A stretch of 64,000 nt of DNA, taken from the IMG/VR virus record IMGVR_UViG_2595698882_000001, positions 32,001-96,000 of that record. One strand, written 5' to 3'. Position 1 is the first letter of the stretch, and every line of letters begins with the position of its first letter. The translations under genes were made by a program, and so were the position numbers. Origin of the DNA: a virus. Its lineage: Duplodnaviria > Caudoviricetes. Shown piece after piece: positions 15,649-26,800 of this stretch. Under the pieces are notes generated by a model. That model made no database searches. It worked only from the letters and a program-made list of their open reading frames with translations, and had not been told where the DNA came from.

Positions 15649-18600
15649 GTGGCAAACGTGGAGAAGTATATATTCGGAGTGGACGCAGATACCTCGAAAG
15701 CTGTTAGTAAGCTCCAACAGATTAATAAACTAATGGATCAGATTGACGGTGTTCGTAACAGAGGTATGGGTGAGTATTTCACAACCACTCAGAAAGACAT
15801 GGACAAAAGCATGCGCTCTATGTCGCAGCTTACAAAGTTGTATCGCTCTTTGGATCGAGAACTCTCAGAGATTCAGCGGAAGATGGAAGATGTATCCGGC
15901 AGGTTAACAATACCTAAAGGAGCTACAAAAGAGCAAGAGCGGGAGATCAAACGTCTTAAGCAGCAGATGGCTGAACAGAGCCAAGCAGCTATATCACAGC
16001 AGCGAGCGTTACAATCTGAGTATAACAAGACCCTGAGAAAGTTCCGTGAGCTTTCTACATTCCAGCAAAACTCCTCTAAAAACTTCAAACACGTCTTCAG
16101 TTCCAATGATCTGTTTAACCTCCCTACAGGAGCTCAAAACTTTAATCGGGCTAAGTCGGTCATGCAAGCCATGGCATCTGAAGCAGATGGAGTTTCTAGT
16201 AAGATAGACGAGGTAAAGGCAAAGATACAAAGTGTCAATAAACTAGACAGACGGGCAGAAAGTCTTACTCGTAGAGCAGAAGCGTCTAAGTACATGTCGT
16301 ACCAGCAGGCTTCTAACTACAGACGGGACTATAGAACAGTTACTCAAGAGTACGGGGCTGAGCGGGAGTCTAATGCAAATGCAATGGCACGTCTCGGACA
16401 AGAGAGAACCACTTTACATAACCGAGTACAGGAAATCCAAACAAAGGCGAATGCTACGCAGCAGGATATCGACAGAAAGATTGGTATGCAGCAGACGATA
16501 GACGCCATCGACAAAGAAATACAGGCTCGTATGGAACTGGACCGTGTTCTACAGCGAACCACGCAGAATATGAAAAGCTATGAGCAGCGGGTAACTAAAG
16601 ATGGTGGAGTAGAGGTAAAACCTGAACGAGGCACTTTCTTAGGTATGATGTATGAACGTGCACCGGCTATCGGTCTCGCACTTGGAGGAGCTGCTGCCGG
16701 AGTTGCAGGCGGTTTGTATCACCAAGGCGCCCAGCTGAATCGAGGAATCCGTAGTGATGTTGTTTCCATAGGGCAGCGCACCGATTCAGACAACTGGACA
16801 GAGACAATTCGAGATAATGCTTTAAATGCAGGTCTCAAAGATCGACTAGGGTTCGGTGGTCAAGAGATGCTCGCATTCCAGAACAACTACTTATCTAATG
16901 CCGGGTACAAAGGTATGGATGACTTAAATTCAGCCATGACTAGCCAAGCAATATTCAGCCGGACTACAGGTGTCGATTCAGATACTACTCGTGATTTCTT
17001 CGATACTGCCTTCAGTACCGGAGCAGTAAACGGTTCTCAAGTAAAAGACATTCAAAATGCTTTCATCGGAGCTATTAAGCAGAGTGGTATGGAAGGTCGT
17101 GAGAAAGACCAGTTAAAAGCTTTACAAGGTCTTTTAGATGGAGTGTCTCGTGGGCGTAGCATGACCAATGATGAAGTAATGAATGTCATGGGGATGCAGT
17201 CGGTTCTTGCGAGTACAGGTGTACGATCTTTAAGTGGAGAAAAAGGCGGACAGCTTTTATCTGATCTTAACGAGGGAATCCGTCAAAGTATTGACAATCC
17301 AACGGCAAGACTTATATTTGGGCAAGGGACAAAGTACCAAGGTTTAGAGGGTCGTTTCGCCCTTCGTAAACAGCTTGAAAAAGGTATCAGCGATGTTGAT
17401 AATGTTAAAAGCATTGCTGCTTACGCACAAAGTCAAGCTGACACCGAAGGCGGACAAAATGAGGTCTTTGCCCAAGCTGTTAGGAGCCTTTTAGGTACTG
17501 ATATCACTTCCGAACAGACTGAAGGACTAATGGGATTATACCGAGACGGTAAGCTTACCGATGAGACTCTGAAAGGCTACGTAGATTCTAATAAGTCTAC
17601 CGGGTCCAAGACTGCTGACGAGAGACTCAGTAAGTACCAGGATTCTAAAGAAGCAACGAGTAACCAGAGTGAAGCCACTACGGAGAAGCAAGCTACACAA
17701 CTATATGACTACGGTAATCTACTACGGGAAGCAAATTCCGCCTTGTCAGGGCTTAATCCACTAATCTATACAACGACTGCGGCTTTGGCTGGATTAACAG
17801 CTGCTGCGGCAGGAGCCGCAGGTTCCTTTGTAATGTCTTCCTTACTACGAGGAGCTATCGGGGGTCGTATGGGTTCCGGGGGATCAATTTTAGGTCCGCT
17901 AAGTAGAGGTCGTGGAGGAGGAACTACTGGTGGCGGAGGTGGTGGATTTTTCGGAGCACTCAGAAGCTCAGTTGGACGTTACACTGACCCTTACGCCCGT
18001 GCTGGGGGGTTACCTAACACAGGTCCTGCTGGGGGAGCATCATCTTCTAGCGGAGGACTGTGGAGCAGAATCACTGGAGGTGCCGGAGCTACCGCAGCAG
18101 GCGCAGGAACAGCAGCTGCTGGGGCTGAAGCAGCAGCCGGAGCCGGGGCAGGTGCCGCTGGAGCAGGAGCCGCCGCTGGCGCAGCTAGTGGGGGAAGTAA
18201 GGTCTTGTCTACTCTCGGTAAAGTAGGAGGAGTCCTTAGTAAGGTTGCCCTTCCTCTGAGTATTATCGCTGGTGTCGGTTCTATTGCTGCCGCACCGGAG
18301 GATAAGAAAGGAGAAGCAACGGGGTCCGCTGCCGGAGGTATCGGTGGAGGTCTCGCTGGTGCTGCTGCGGGTGCCGCTATTGGTTCCGTTGTCCCGGTCG
18401 TAGGTACCGCCATCGGAGGACTCATCGGCGGGGTCGCAGGTTCCTTTGGAGGAAGTAGTCTGGGTGGCTGGGTTGGAAGTATGTTTGACCCTAAAACTGC
18501 TGAAGCTGCTGAATTACCTGAGACTGAGAAGGCAAAGGGCGCTGATGAAAAGATCGTTAACGACCTTGATAAGCAGGTAGACAAAGAGACCACAAACACC

Positions 18601-19446
18601 AAAGACCGAGCAGAGAATAAGAAAGCAGATAATCTTGCTCTAGAGAAAGCCAACATCAAGAGATATGAAGCGTTACTAGATCAGGCAGACCAGCTGCTAA
18701 ACAAAGCTCGCCTCCAGAATGGTATTATGGGTAGCTTAGGTGGAGCAGATGCTAGTGGATCAGGAGGAGCTGGTGTAGGTGGTAGCACTGGTAAACTCAA
18801 GATTCTTTCTGGAAATCAGAAGTGGGCAAACCCTAATGATCTTAAAAACTCAGACTTAGGATACACGGACGGTAAGCTTACAGCAGAAGACCTCGATAAG
18901 TGGATCGAGTCTAAAGCTCCTGAAGGTTCTATGATGAGAGGTATGGGTTCCGCCTTCCTGAAAGCAGGACAGGAATCTGGTCTTGACCCTCGTTACTTGA
19001 TTGCACATGCTGCACAAGAAACAGGTTGGGGTACTTCTAACATCCTTAAGGATAAGAACAACTGGTTCGGTATCGGTGCCTTCGATAACTCCCCACACGC
19101 CTCCGCCAAGACGTTTGGTGGGAAGCAGCAAGGTATCATTGATGGTGCGAAGTGGATAGCCCAGAACTACTACAGTAAAGGGAACACAACTCTTGACAAG
19201 ATGAAGAAAGCCGGGTACGCCACAGACCCGCAGTGGGCTAACAACATTAGTAATATCATGAAGAACGCACCTACGGGTACGGGAAGCGTGAAAGTGGAAT
19301 CCACAATCAACGTAAACGTCAAAGGTGGGGACGATGTAGCTAAGAAGGTTACCAGCAACGCCCAGATGAAGTCCTTAGCAAACCAAGTAAACAACGCCAT
19401 TTACGGCTCTATGAACTATTACTCCAAAGAAGTGAAGAGGGTATAA
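15649..19446 (+). CDS. tape measure protein with C-terminal glucosaminidase domain
   Basis: 1265 aa. Coiled coils, Gly/Ala-rich hydrophobic segment, YLIAHAAQETGWG..NNWFGIGA..YATDP.W motif. Confidence 0.93.
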   Translation: MANVEKYIFGVDADTSKAVSKLQQINKLMDQIDGVRNRGMGEYFTTTQKDMDKSMRSMSQLTKLYRSLDRELSEIQRKMEDVSGRLTIPKGATKEQEREIKRLKQQMAEQSQAAISQQRALQSEYNKTLRKFRELSTFQQNSSKNFKHVFSSNDLFNLPTGAQNFNRAKSVMQAMASEADGVSSKIDEVKAKIQSVNKLDRRAESLTRRAEASKYMSYQQASNYRRDYRTVTQEYGAERESNANAMARLGQERTTLHNRVQEIQTKANATQQDIDRKIGMQQTIDAIDKEIQARMELDRVLQRTTQNMKSYEQRVTKDGGVEVKPERGTFLGMMYERAPAIGLALGGAAAGVAGGLYHQGAQLNRGIRSDVVSIGQRTDSDNWTETIRDNALNAGLKDRLGFGGQEMLAFQNNYLSNAGYKGMDDLNSAMTSQAIFSRTTGVDSDTTRDFFDTAFSTGAVNGSQVKDIQNAFIGAIKQSGMEGREKDQLKALQGLLDGVSRGRSMTNDEVMNVMGMQSVLASTGVRSLSGEKGGQLLSDLNEGIRQSIDNPTARLIFGQGTKYQGLEGRFALRKQLEKGISDVDNVKSIAAYAQSQADTEGGQNEVFAQAVRSLLGTDITSEQTEGLMGLYRDGKLTDETLKGYVDSNKSTGSKTADERLSKYQDSKEATSNQSEATTEKQATQLYDYGNLLREANSALSGLNPLIYTTTAALAGLTAAAAGAAGSFVMSSLLRGAIGGRMGSGGSILGPLSRGRGGGTTGGGGGGFFGALRSSVGRYTDPYARAGGLPNTGPAGGASSSSGGLWSRITGGAGATAAGAGTAAAGAEAAAGAGAGAAGAGAAAGAASGGSKVLSTLGKVGGVLSKVALPLSIIAGVGSIAAAPEDKKGEATGSAAGGIGGGLAGAAAGAAIGSVVPVVGTAIGGLIGGVAGSFGGSSLGGWVGSMFDPKTAEAAELPETEKAKGADEKIVNDLDKQVDKETTNTKDRAENKKADNLALEKANIKRYEALLDQADQLLNKARLQNGIMGSLGGADASGSGGAGVGGSTGKLKILSGNQKWANPNDLKNSDLGYTDGKLTAEDLDKWIESKAPEGSMMRGMGSAFLKAGQESGLDPRYLIAHAAQETGWGTSNILKDKNNWFGIGAFDNSPHASAKTFGGKQQGIIDGAKWIAQNYYSKGNTTLDKMKKAGYATDPQWANNISNIMKNAPTGTGSVKVESTINVNVKGGDDVAKKVTSNAQMKSLANQVNNAIYGSMNYYSKEVKRV

Positions 19447-19564
19447 CCCTCTTCTTTTCTTGTTTTAAGGGACCTCGAAGGTTCGTGCTATAATAGTATA
19501 TGAAGGGGTTTATAACAAACAGAAAAGACACCCTACTAACATACTGTGAAAGGGGGCTACTTAA

Positions 19565-21721
19565 ATGACGACTATAGTTAAGCGTTACCCTACTTTTGAA
19601 ATAGATTTTGTTACAGAAAAAACATCATACGAGTTAAAATACGATACAAGCAAGCAGCTAACCCAGAGAGACTTCGAAGAGTCCATTCTGTCATTTAGTA
19701 CCAAGAACTCCATGGAGGACGACAGCCCTGTGTTCTCTTTAGTTATTACTGCTAAGGAGAAGTGGGATAAGGTACTGACTTCAAATGACCTTATCAGGAT
19801 TCGGGTTATACCTGATGTAACAAAGGGAAAACCGGAAAACCCTTATGTCATGGTTGGTCTAATATCAGATATACATAAAGAAGGAGAGTATAACGAGGGA
19901 ACGTTACTATACCGGATAACCGGGAGAGCAATGACGAAAGCACTTATTGACTTCTCTGTAGGTGTTATCCAAGAAGTAGCTACGATTATTCCGAGCATTG
20001 GGTGGCTGCCTGATGGTGAGAAGAACGGTCTAAAGTTCTCAGGTAACACAGCAGCGGGAATAGGCGATGAGCTCATGGAGCGCTTCGTATACAAATACGC
20101 CAAGTATGACTTTGCAGGAGGTAAGAAACTGAATGACTACCTAATGCATAGCTTCTCAAGCTGGGAAGATGATGAAAAACTAGCGGACGCTACACCGTTT
20201 ATCAACTATGAAGGTAGTATCCGCCAGTTTTTAGAGGATATCGTAGCTAAGCCATTCAATGAGTTATTCTTCGAGTACACTTCGGACGGTAAATGTGTGG
20301 CTCTAATGCGCCCAACACCGTTTGATCCCTCCAAGTGGTACCAGCTACCCACATTCCGATTCACTTCAGACGTTGTTGTGCAGGAGTCCTTTGGAAAATC
20401 CGATGCAGAGATGTACTCAGTATTCGTTGTACAGGCGCCTAATATGATGGAGTTCAGCAGTATGGACTTAGGTGTATATCCTAAGTTTCACCCAGACCTT
20501 GTAAAGAAGTATGGGTACAAAAGATTGGATGCCCAGAACAGGTACCTTCTATCTAGTACCCTTAACAGCTCTACTCAAGACGCATCTACTGGAGGATCAT
20601 CTGGAAGCCTCCCATCCTTTGAAGAAGTGCTTACCTTCATAACTCAGAACAACTTTACTGATCCTGAAGTTTTGCGGACACAGAAAGACACTGTCTACTC
20701 TGAGCTTGTAGCGAAGTTCCCTTCGATGTCTAAGTCCTTAGCTAATGGGATCATTGACAGCCTCAAAGCGGGAGAGTTTACCCGGGAGGAGTACAATAAC
20801 CTGACCACGTCCACAGGAGACTCCGAGGTAGACAAAGAGATTAACAAAGAAAAAGGGGTAGCCAACAAGAAGCTAGAGAAGTACACACAACGCTTGTTTA
20901 ACTGGTACTGTGAGAACGTTAACTTTTACAACGGAGATATCCGGGTCATCGGTAACCCTACATATCGGGTAGGTTCTAGAGTTCTATACGAGGACTTCGA
21001 GCAGCAGACAACTTGGGAGTTCTACGTAGAATCCGTACAACACGAGTTCAGCTTCTCAAATGGATATACCACGGTTCTTGGGGTGACTAGAGGTTTACCT
21101 AACTCAGGAGAGAAACGGTTTAGAAACCTGTGGGGTAAATCTGAAGACTTCAAAGGAGGTTACTTAGGGGAGAAGTCTCTAGAGGACTTACTCAAGGAAG
21201 CTCAGAAAGCCAACTCAGTTAAAGATGGAGAAGGCGATGGTGGCGGAGATTGGGGAGAAGGTTCCGGCGGTGGCGGAGCTATGGGAGCCTTAAACACAGC
21301 AAAAGCTATGGCAGAAAGGAAGTCTGTATATGTGTTCGGCGGAGGACGTACAGGAAAGAACCCGTTCCTTTCATCTCCGATCAAGATAGACTGCTCCTCT
21401 TTTGTATGGTGGTGCTACTACCTGAACGGTGTAACTCTAAAAGGCGGTAAAACCGGGATGACTACAGACACGATCAAAGTAGACCCGCAGCTTAAGACAA
21501 TTAGTAGCAGAGGCTCATCTAAGAGTGTAGCTAAAAGTAAAATCCAGCAGGGAGACATTGTCTACTTCGATACATACAAGGCAGATGGTCACGTTGGTAT
21601 TTATCTAGGTGCAGGTAAATTTATCGGAGCTCAAAGCAGCACAGGTATAGCAGCTGCCAATATGAACAGTGGGTACTGGTGGAACAAGTTTAACGGAAGG
21701 GTGCTTCGATACCAAGGATAA
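19565..21721 (+). CDS. baseplate hub / tail lysin with NlpC/P60 domain
   Basis: YVFGG, DCSSFV, GDIVYF, HVGIYLG at the C-terminus; hub-like FYVESVQHEF. Confidence 0.9.
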   Translation: MTTIVKRYPTFEIDFVTEKTSYELKYDTSKQLTQRDFEESILSFSTKNSMEDDSPVFSLVITAKEKWDKVLTSNDLIRIRVIPDVTKGKPENPYVMVGLISDIHKEGEYNEGTLLYRITGRAMTKALIDFSVGVIQEVATIIPSIGWLPDGEKNGLKFSGNTAAGIGDELMERFVYKYAKYDFAGGKKLNDYLMHSFSSWEDDEKLADATPFINYEGSIRQFLEDIVAKPFNELFFEYTSDGKCVALMRPTPFDPSKWYQLPTFRFTSDVVVQESFGKSDAEMYSVFVVQAPNMMEFSSMDLGVYPKFHPDLVKKYGYKRLDAQNRYLLSSTLNSSTQDASTGGSSGSLPSFEEVLTFITQNNFTDPEVLRTQKDTVYSELVAKFPSMSKSLANGIIDSLKAGEFTREEYNNLTTSTGDSEVDKEINKEKGVANKKLEKYTQRLFNWYCENVNFYNGDIRVIGNPTYRVGSRVLYEDFEQQTTWEFYVESVQHEFSFSNGYTTVLGVTRGLPNSGEKRFRNLWGKSEDFKGGYLGEKSLEDLLKEAQKANSVKDGEGDGGGDWGEGSGGGGAMGALNTAKAMAERKSVYVFGGGRTGKNPFLSSPIKIDCSSFVWWCYYLNGVTLKGGKTGMTTDTIKVDPQLKTISSRGSSKSVAKSKIQQGDIVYFDTYKADGHVGIYLGAGKFIGAQSSTGIAAANMNSGYWWNKFNGRVLRYQG

Positions 21722-21731
21722 CGAAGGATAG

Positions 21732-23807
21732 GTGAGAATATTGGATAATGAGAAATTTGAGATGCTGAATCCGCTCTCCCCTATGCGGTTCCAATCTCAG
21801 CTAGGTAAAGAGACTAAGCGGATGTACCAAGAGGGGAAGAATATTGTCCGGCTTTCCCTTGCCCGGGTATTAAAAGTTAACTACAAGTACAATACAGTCG
21901 AAGTTATTACGACTTTACATAAGAACAACCTGTCAAAGAATCCCAATGATAATGGGAAGTTCTCAGCACGTCTACCTGTAGCCTTCGGAGGGACTACACC
22001 GGACGGTAAGGTTTACGGTTCCAATACATTAGTCACTGTAGGCTCTCTTGTACTTATCGGGTTTATGGAGGGGTCAAAGGACTACCCAATAGTTATTAAC
22101 ATATATGGAGATACCAACAACCAATCCCTTCTCACCCGGACTTCATTCACTAGCGGAGATGCTACGGACGAAGACATGCAGCGGGAACTATGGCAGCTAT
22201 TTACCTTGTTCCCTTCTATGACATATAAGAATATTGACGGTAACGGAAACCAAGAAGTAACCTTCTCAGGAAAGTCATTTATGTATATCACAGACACGGA
22301 TCAAGAGAATGCCTACGTTCAGGACGCCGGGTTTGATTACGCAGACCTCCCAAGCTCTAGGTACGCTAATGGCGAGCTTATCGAACCTAAGTCCCCGGAC
22401 TCCCCGACACTGCTTTATGTGCATCAAGGTATTTATCAAAAGCATAGGGTGACGTTCTTTATCAAGTCAGATGGAACGGTAAGACTGGGCAGCCGACATC
22501 TAGACGGTCAAGGGATTACCTATATGGAGATGACAACCGATGGAGGATTCCAAGTATACCAGAAGAAGGACACCACAAACCCGGAAGAAGAGTCTGAAAA
22601 GTTTTCTAGATTCGGTGTTACTGAAGACGGTAGTGTAATTCTCCAGTCACAGAAGCACATCTTCGAAGTCAATAACGAGGGTATTTATGTAGATGGTAAG
22701 TCCCTTGCAACATTCGGAGGCGGAGGTACCGATGGGGATGGAAACACCATCACGTTTGAAGATATCCTGAATGACCTTGAGGACCTACAGACCTCTATAA
22801 CGGTTATGAATGGTAAAATAGAAACAAAGATAAGCAAAACCCAGTATGACATTGATATGGACGGTGTACGGCGGTATGCGGAAGAGTTAGTAGATGGTGT
22901 GGAGACAGAAATCAACGACATCAACAAGACTCTTGACAATCTTGATGAATACATAGACGGCTCTTTTAAAGACGGGATCATCGACACTGCCGAGGCAGCC
23001 GCTATTCAGGCGTATATCAACACGTTGAATACCGAAAAGGCAGACATTGACGCAAAGTACACAGAAATCTATAACAACGAATTTATGAGTGACTCGGAGA
23101 AAGTTAAACTCCAAAATGCAAAAGGTAGTTACGATAGTAAACACACTGCATTGATTGATACGATTAATGGAGCTATTGTGGACGGGAAAATTACTCAAGA
23201 GGACAGGGAAGCAGTAGATCAGGCATTTGATGCGTACCACAGCGCTGTTTCCACCCTCTCTGCTGCTTTTGAATCGGCAGCCGATGTTATCTCCCTCAAT
23301 AAAGCTAAAAAGGCTCTAGAGGACGCCAAAGGATACACTGACGGGGAGATTAAAACAGTTAACTCCACCATTACTCAACTAGCGGACTCCATTACATCAA
23401 AAGTAGACTCGACAACGTTTACGAATGTTGTTAAGGATTTAGACTCGAAAATTGCGACTACAGAAGATAATCTGAAAAAGGATATAAACGATGTAGACAC
23501 TCGCATTGACGATGTCGAGAAGAAAGTGGTTTATCGAGCTGAGATTATTAGTACGAACGGTATGATATTTAGAAAGGGAACGACAAACACCACTCTCTTC
23601 TGTAAAGTATATCACGGAGATCAGGAAGTGACAAATACAATTGATGCCAGCAGATTTAAGTGGACCCGGGTATCGGACGATGCAGACGGAGACACTGCGT
23701 GGAACAACGCCCATTCTGCCGGAACTAAGTCAGTTGCAATCACTCCTTCAGATGTACAGGTGCGAGCTACTTTTAACTGTACGATTTTAGACGAGAATTT
23801 ACAATAA
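21732..23807 (+). CDS. baseplate central spike-associated protein
   Basis: N-terminal OB-like region (LARVLKV..VGSLVLIGF), helical stalk, C-terminal Ig-like module; follows hub. Confidence 0.65.
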   Translation: MRILDNEKFEMLNPLSPMRFQSQLGKETKRMYQEGKNIVRLSLARVLKVNYKYNTVEVITTLHKNNLSKNPNDNGKFSARLPVAFGGTTPDGKVYGSNTLVTVGSLVLIGFMEGSKDYPIVINIYGDTNNQSLLTRTSFTSGDATDEDMQRELWQLFTLFPSMTYKNIDGNGNQEVTFSGKSFMYITDTDQENAYVQDAGFDYADLPSSRYANGELIEPKSPDSPTLLYVHQGIYQKHRVTFFIKSDGTVRLGSRHLDGQGITYMEMTTDGGFQVYQKKDTTNPEEESEKFSRFGVTEDGSVILQSQKHIFEVNNEGIYVDGKSLATFGGGGTDGDGNTITFEDILNDLEDLQTSITVMNGKIETKISKTQYDIDMDGVRRYAEELVDGVETEINDINKTLDNLDEYIDGSFKDGIIDTAEAAAIQAYINTLNTEKADIDAKYTEIYNNEFMSDSEKVKLQNAKGSYDSKHTALIDTINGAIVDGKITQEDREAVDQAFDAYHSAVSTLSAAFESAADVISLNKAKKALEDAKGYTDGEIKTVNSTITQLADSITSKVDSTTFTNVVKDLDSKIATTEDNLKKDINDVDTRIDDVEKKVVYRAEIISTNGMIFRKGTTNTTLFCKVYHGDQEVTNTIDASRFKWTRVSDDADGDTAWNNAHSAGTKSVAITPSDVQVRATFNCTILDENLQ

Positions 23808-23823
23808 TAGGAGGGACTATTGC

Positions 23824-26800
23824 ATGTCTATTGCAACAGGACAGATTACATTAACGGATTACAATGACGCTATCACACTCACAGGTTTTATCACAGCTAA
23901 CAGCCCGAGAATGCAGCAGTACAATCCAGATAATGAAACATTCAACCCAGACTGGACTAAGAATCCGTTAATTCTAACAGCCTCCCTTTATATCATGGGA
24001 GACACAGATAACATCATCTCAAGTAATGATGTTCAAAAAGTTGAGTGGTTTGATGCGGCTAATCCGGGGACACCTCTGACAACGGGAGGACCTTATAGTG
24101 TAAACCGTGAGACCCTCACTATTAAACAAAACATCCTTTCAACGAAGCCAGCTGTAGACTTCATATGTCAAGTTACATACCGAGATAGTACGACTATGCT
24201 AGACATCCTCACAAAAATGAGTATCTCATTAAGCCGGGTTACTAACGGCAGCGGAATCACATCTGCTTCCGTATGGATGCCTAACGGAAACATTTTCAAG
24301 AACGACCAGATAGCTACCCTTATCGCAGAGTGCGATTTATGGAGAGGTGGGGTAGTAGATAACACAAACGTAGCGTATCAGTGGTACAACCAAGACCCGT
24401 CTATCACAACAGATCAAGGCGGGGGTCTAGGCTGGAGAAAACTTACTGATAGTACCAACAGCGGCGAGACTGGGTACACTACAAGGCAGCTTACTGTCCC
24501 GGCAAGTGCTGTCCCTAGTTTCGAAGTATACAAGTGTATCGTAACTGATCTGAACACGGCGAGCAATACATACAACGAAACCTTTCAAGGAACTGCTGCC
24601 TTTATTGATCAGTCTGACCCGATCCAGATGTCAATCACGTCTACAGGAGGGGACGTATTTAAAAATGGGGTAGGCTCCTCGGACCTAACTGCCCATATGT
24701 TCCGTGCAGGTGACGAGATAGATGAAGATGGTAAAGAGTATACATACAAATGGTATAAGTACGATAAGGACGGAGTTCTTGTAACAGGGTTTGGTGGTTC
24801 AAACAACTACAAGACTGGAAAAACGATCACGGTAAGCAGCGATGACGTAGACACTAAGGCAACCTTCCTATGTGAAACATCCGCAGCAGTAGGTCAGTTC
24901 ACTGTATACGACATTACAGATGTGATTGTGAGCGCTACTGAGCCAGCAAATCCTGTTAATGGGACTATATGGCTTAACACTTCTGGGCAGCCTCCGTACC
25001 GTTTCTACATGTACAAAGATGGTGTCTGGGAGACTACAGACTATGATAGCTTAGAGTCCCTAGACCCAGAGGCGTATGACAAAGTAAGAGACGCATATAA
25101 TGCGATCACCGATCTCGATATGGATAACCGCTTAACAAGGTATGAGCGCAGCGTAGTCCGGGGAGAGCTGGCAAACATTATCGGTACGTACCTGAGCAGT
25201 ACAGCTGCTATGCCAACCATTGAGGAAGTGGATGCCAGTGGAGTAGGTGCGTTATACTCTATCCGGCAACAGGCTAGGGACATTGGGGTCTCTACTTCAA
25301 ACACTAACTATGTACGGCTAGGCACTGCTTACACAGCGCTCAGAACATACCTGTCAGGATTAGCGATAAAGCCATGGGACGTAGACTCGGATGGAACTCT
25401 GGATATTGTAAGCGAGGACTGGGATAACGCATGGAAAGACTACTATTTAGCGTATAACTTCCTTGGGATTACTGTTACAAACAGACAGAAAGAGTATTCC
25501 GATCTCGTGGGGGAAGGCGCTGTCCAAGATGCGATTAAAGCAGTGAGTAACTCCGCTCAGTTTAAAGAAGCTCCGATAGCTAACCCAATGAACATTAATG
25601 CACCTATCGCAAGTTTAGGTCTCCCTTCCTTCCAAGGTCGTCATGTAGACGTATGGTCCATGACCCCAGACGCACAGGCTAACTGGGCACTAGGAGGTAA
25701 CAGGATAAAGCCAATCACAAATCCTACGTTTAGTTCCGCAGGTTCGGTAGAAATCATTGGTAAGTTTTATGGAGACGGTACAAACAACGATGAGTTCTCA
25801 TGGGATAAAGAAGGGCGTCCAGTAAAAACAACTCGTTGGGTGGATGTATCTTTAGACGACTCCTTCACTTGGGTGTTTGGAGTAGATGGAACAGGGTATA
25901 AACAGGTAGCTGTTCCTGCGTTCTCTGCGATAGCTCCAGTAGATATGTCAGTATCGGCAGTCAAACATAACGGAAATGTCCTAACCACTATTGGAGACAC
26001 CCTTACAGCAGCAGATCAGGTCATGCTTAAGAACGCTGATAGTGTCCTCAATATCACTGTAGCGGACACGGACAGTGGGTGGGGCGAGACTTATACTCCA
26101 GAACCAGCAGAGATTCTCGCATATTTTAATGGGTGGAAAATGTGTAACGGCACCTTCGATCAGCCTTATGATGGTACAGGTACAAAAGTGTGGTACCCGA
26201 TTGGAGACTTAGACCTTTCCCGGGCTACTAACTCCAACGGAACCGCCAACCCGGTACCTACCGATGTATCTCCTACTATAAAGGAGCAGTCGATAAATCT
26301 ATATCAGATTGTATACCGAAACGACACAGCTGTCCAAGAGATCATTCAGTTTGACGGTATCCTGTCCTTGTTAGAAGGGGATAACGAAGTACAAATTACA
26401 TATCCAGTAGACACACCGGAGATCACAACTGGAACCATTAAATATGCAACAAACCTAGCTACTGTAACTGATAATCTGAAATATTGGATTCCTACTCTTC
26501 AACAGCGAGTATCCAAAGCCGAGGAAGTTATCACGGATGACGCCATCATCAATACAGTAACACAGTCCACACAGTACCAGTTAACCTTAGCTAGTAAAGC
26601 GGATACAGATGCACTGGCGGACTACGCAACAAACTCTGACCTAGACGATCTATCTGGAGACATTGATGGAAGAATTAACAACGCCATCAATGCTATCGAC
26701 TTCAGCCCGTATGCAACCAAGTCTGAGTTAGCACAAACAGCCACAGACATCACAGCAAAGTTCCAAGCTGCGGGCGGTATGAACTTGATTAAAAACTCTA

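Noticed and set aside
17991-18659. 222-aa minus-strand Pro/Ala-rich ORF
   Set aside because: Shadow of the Gly/Ala-rich tape measure segment; no RBS.
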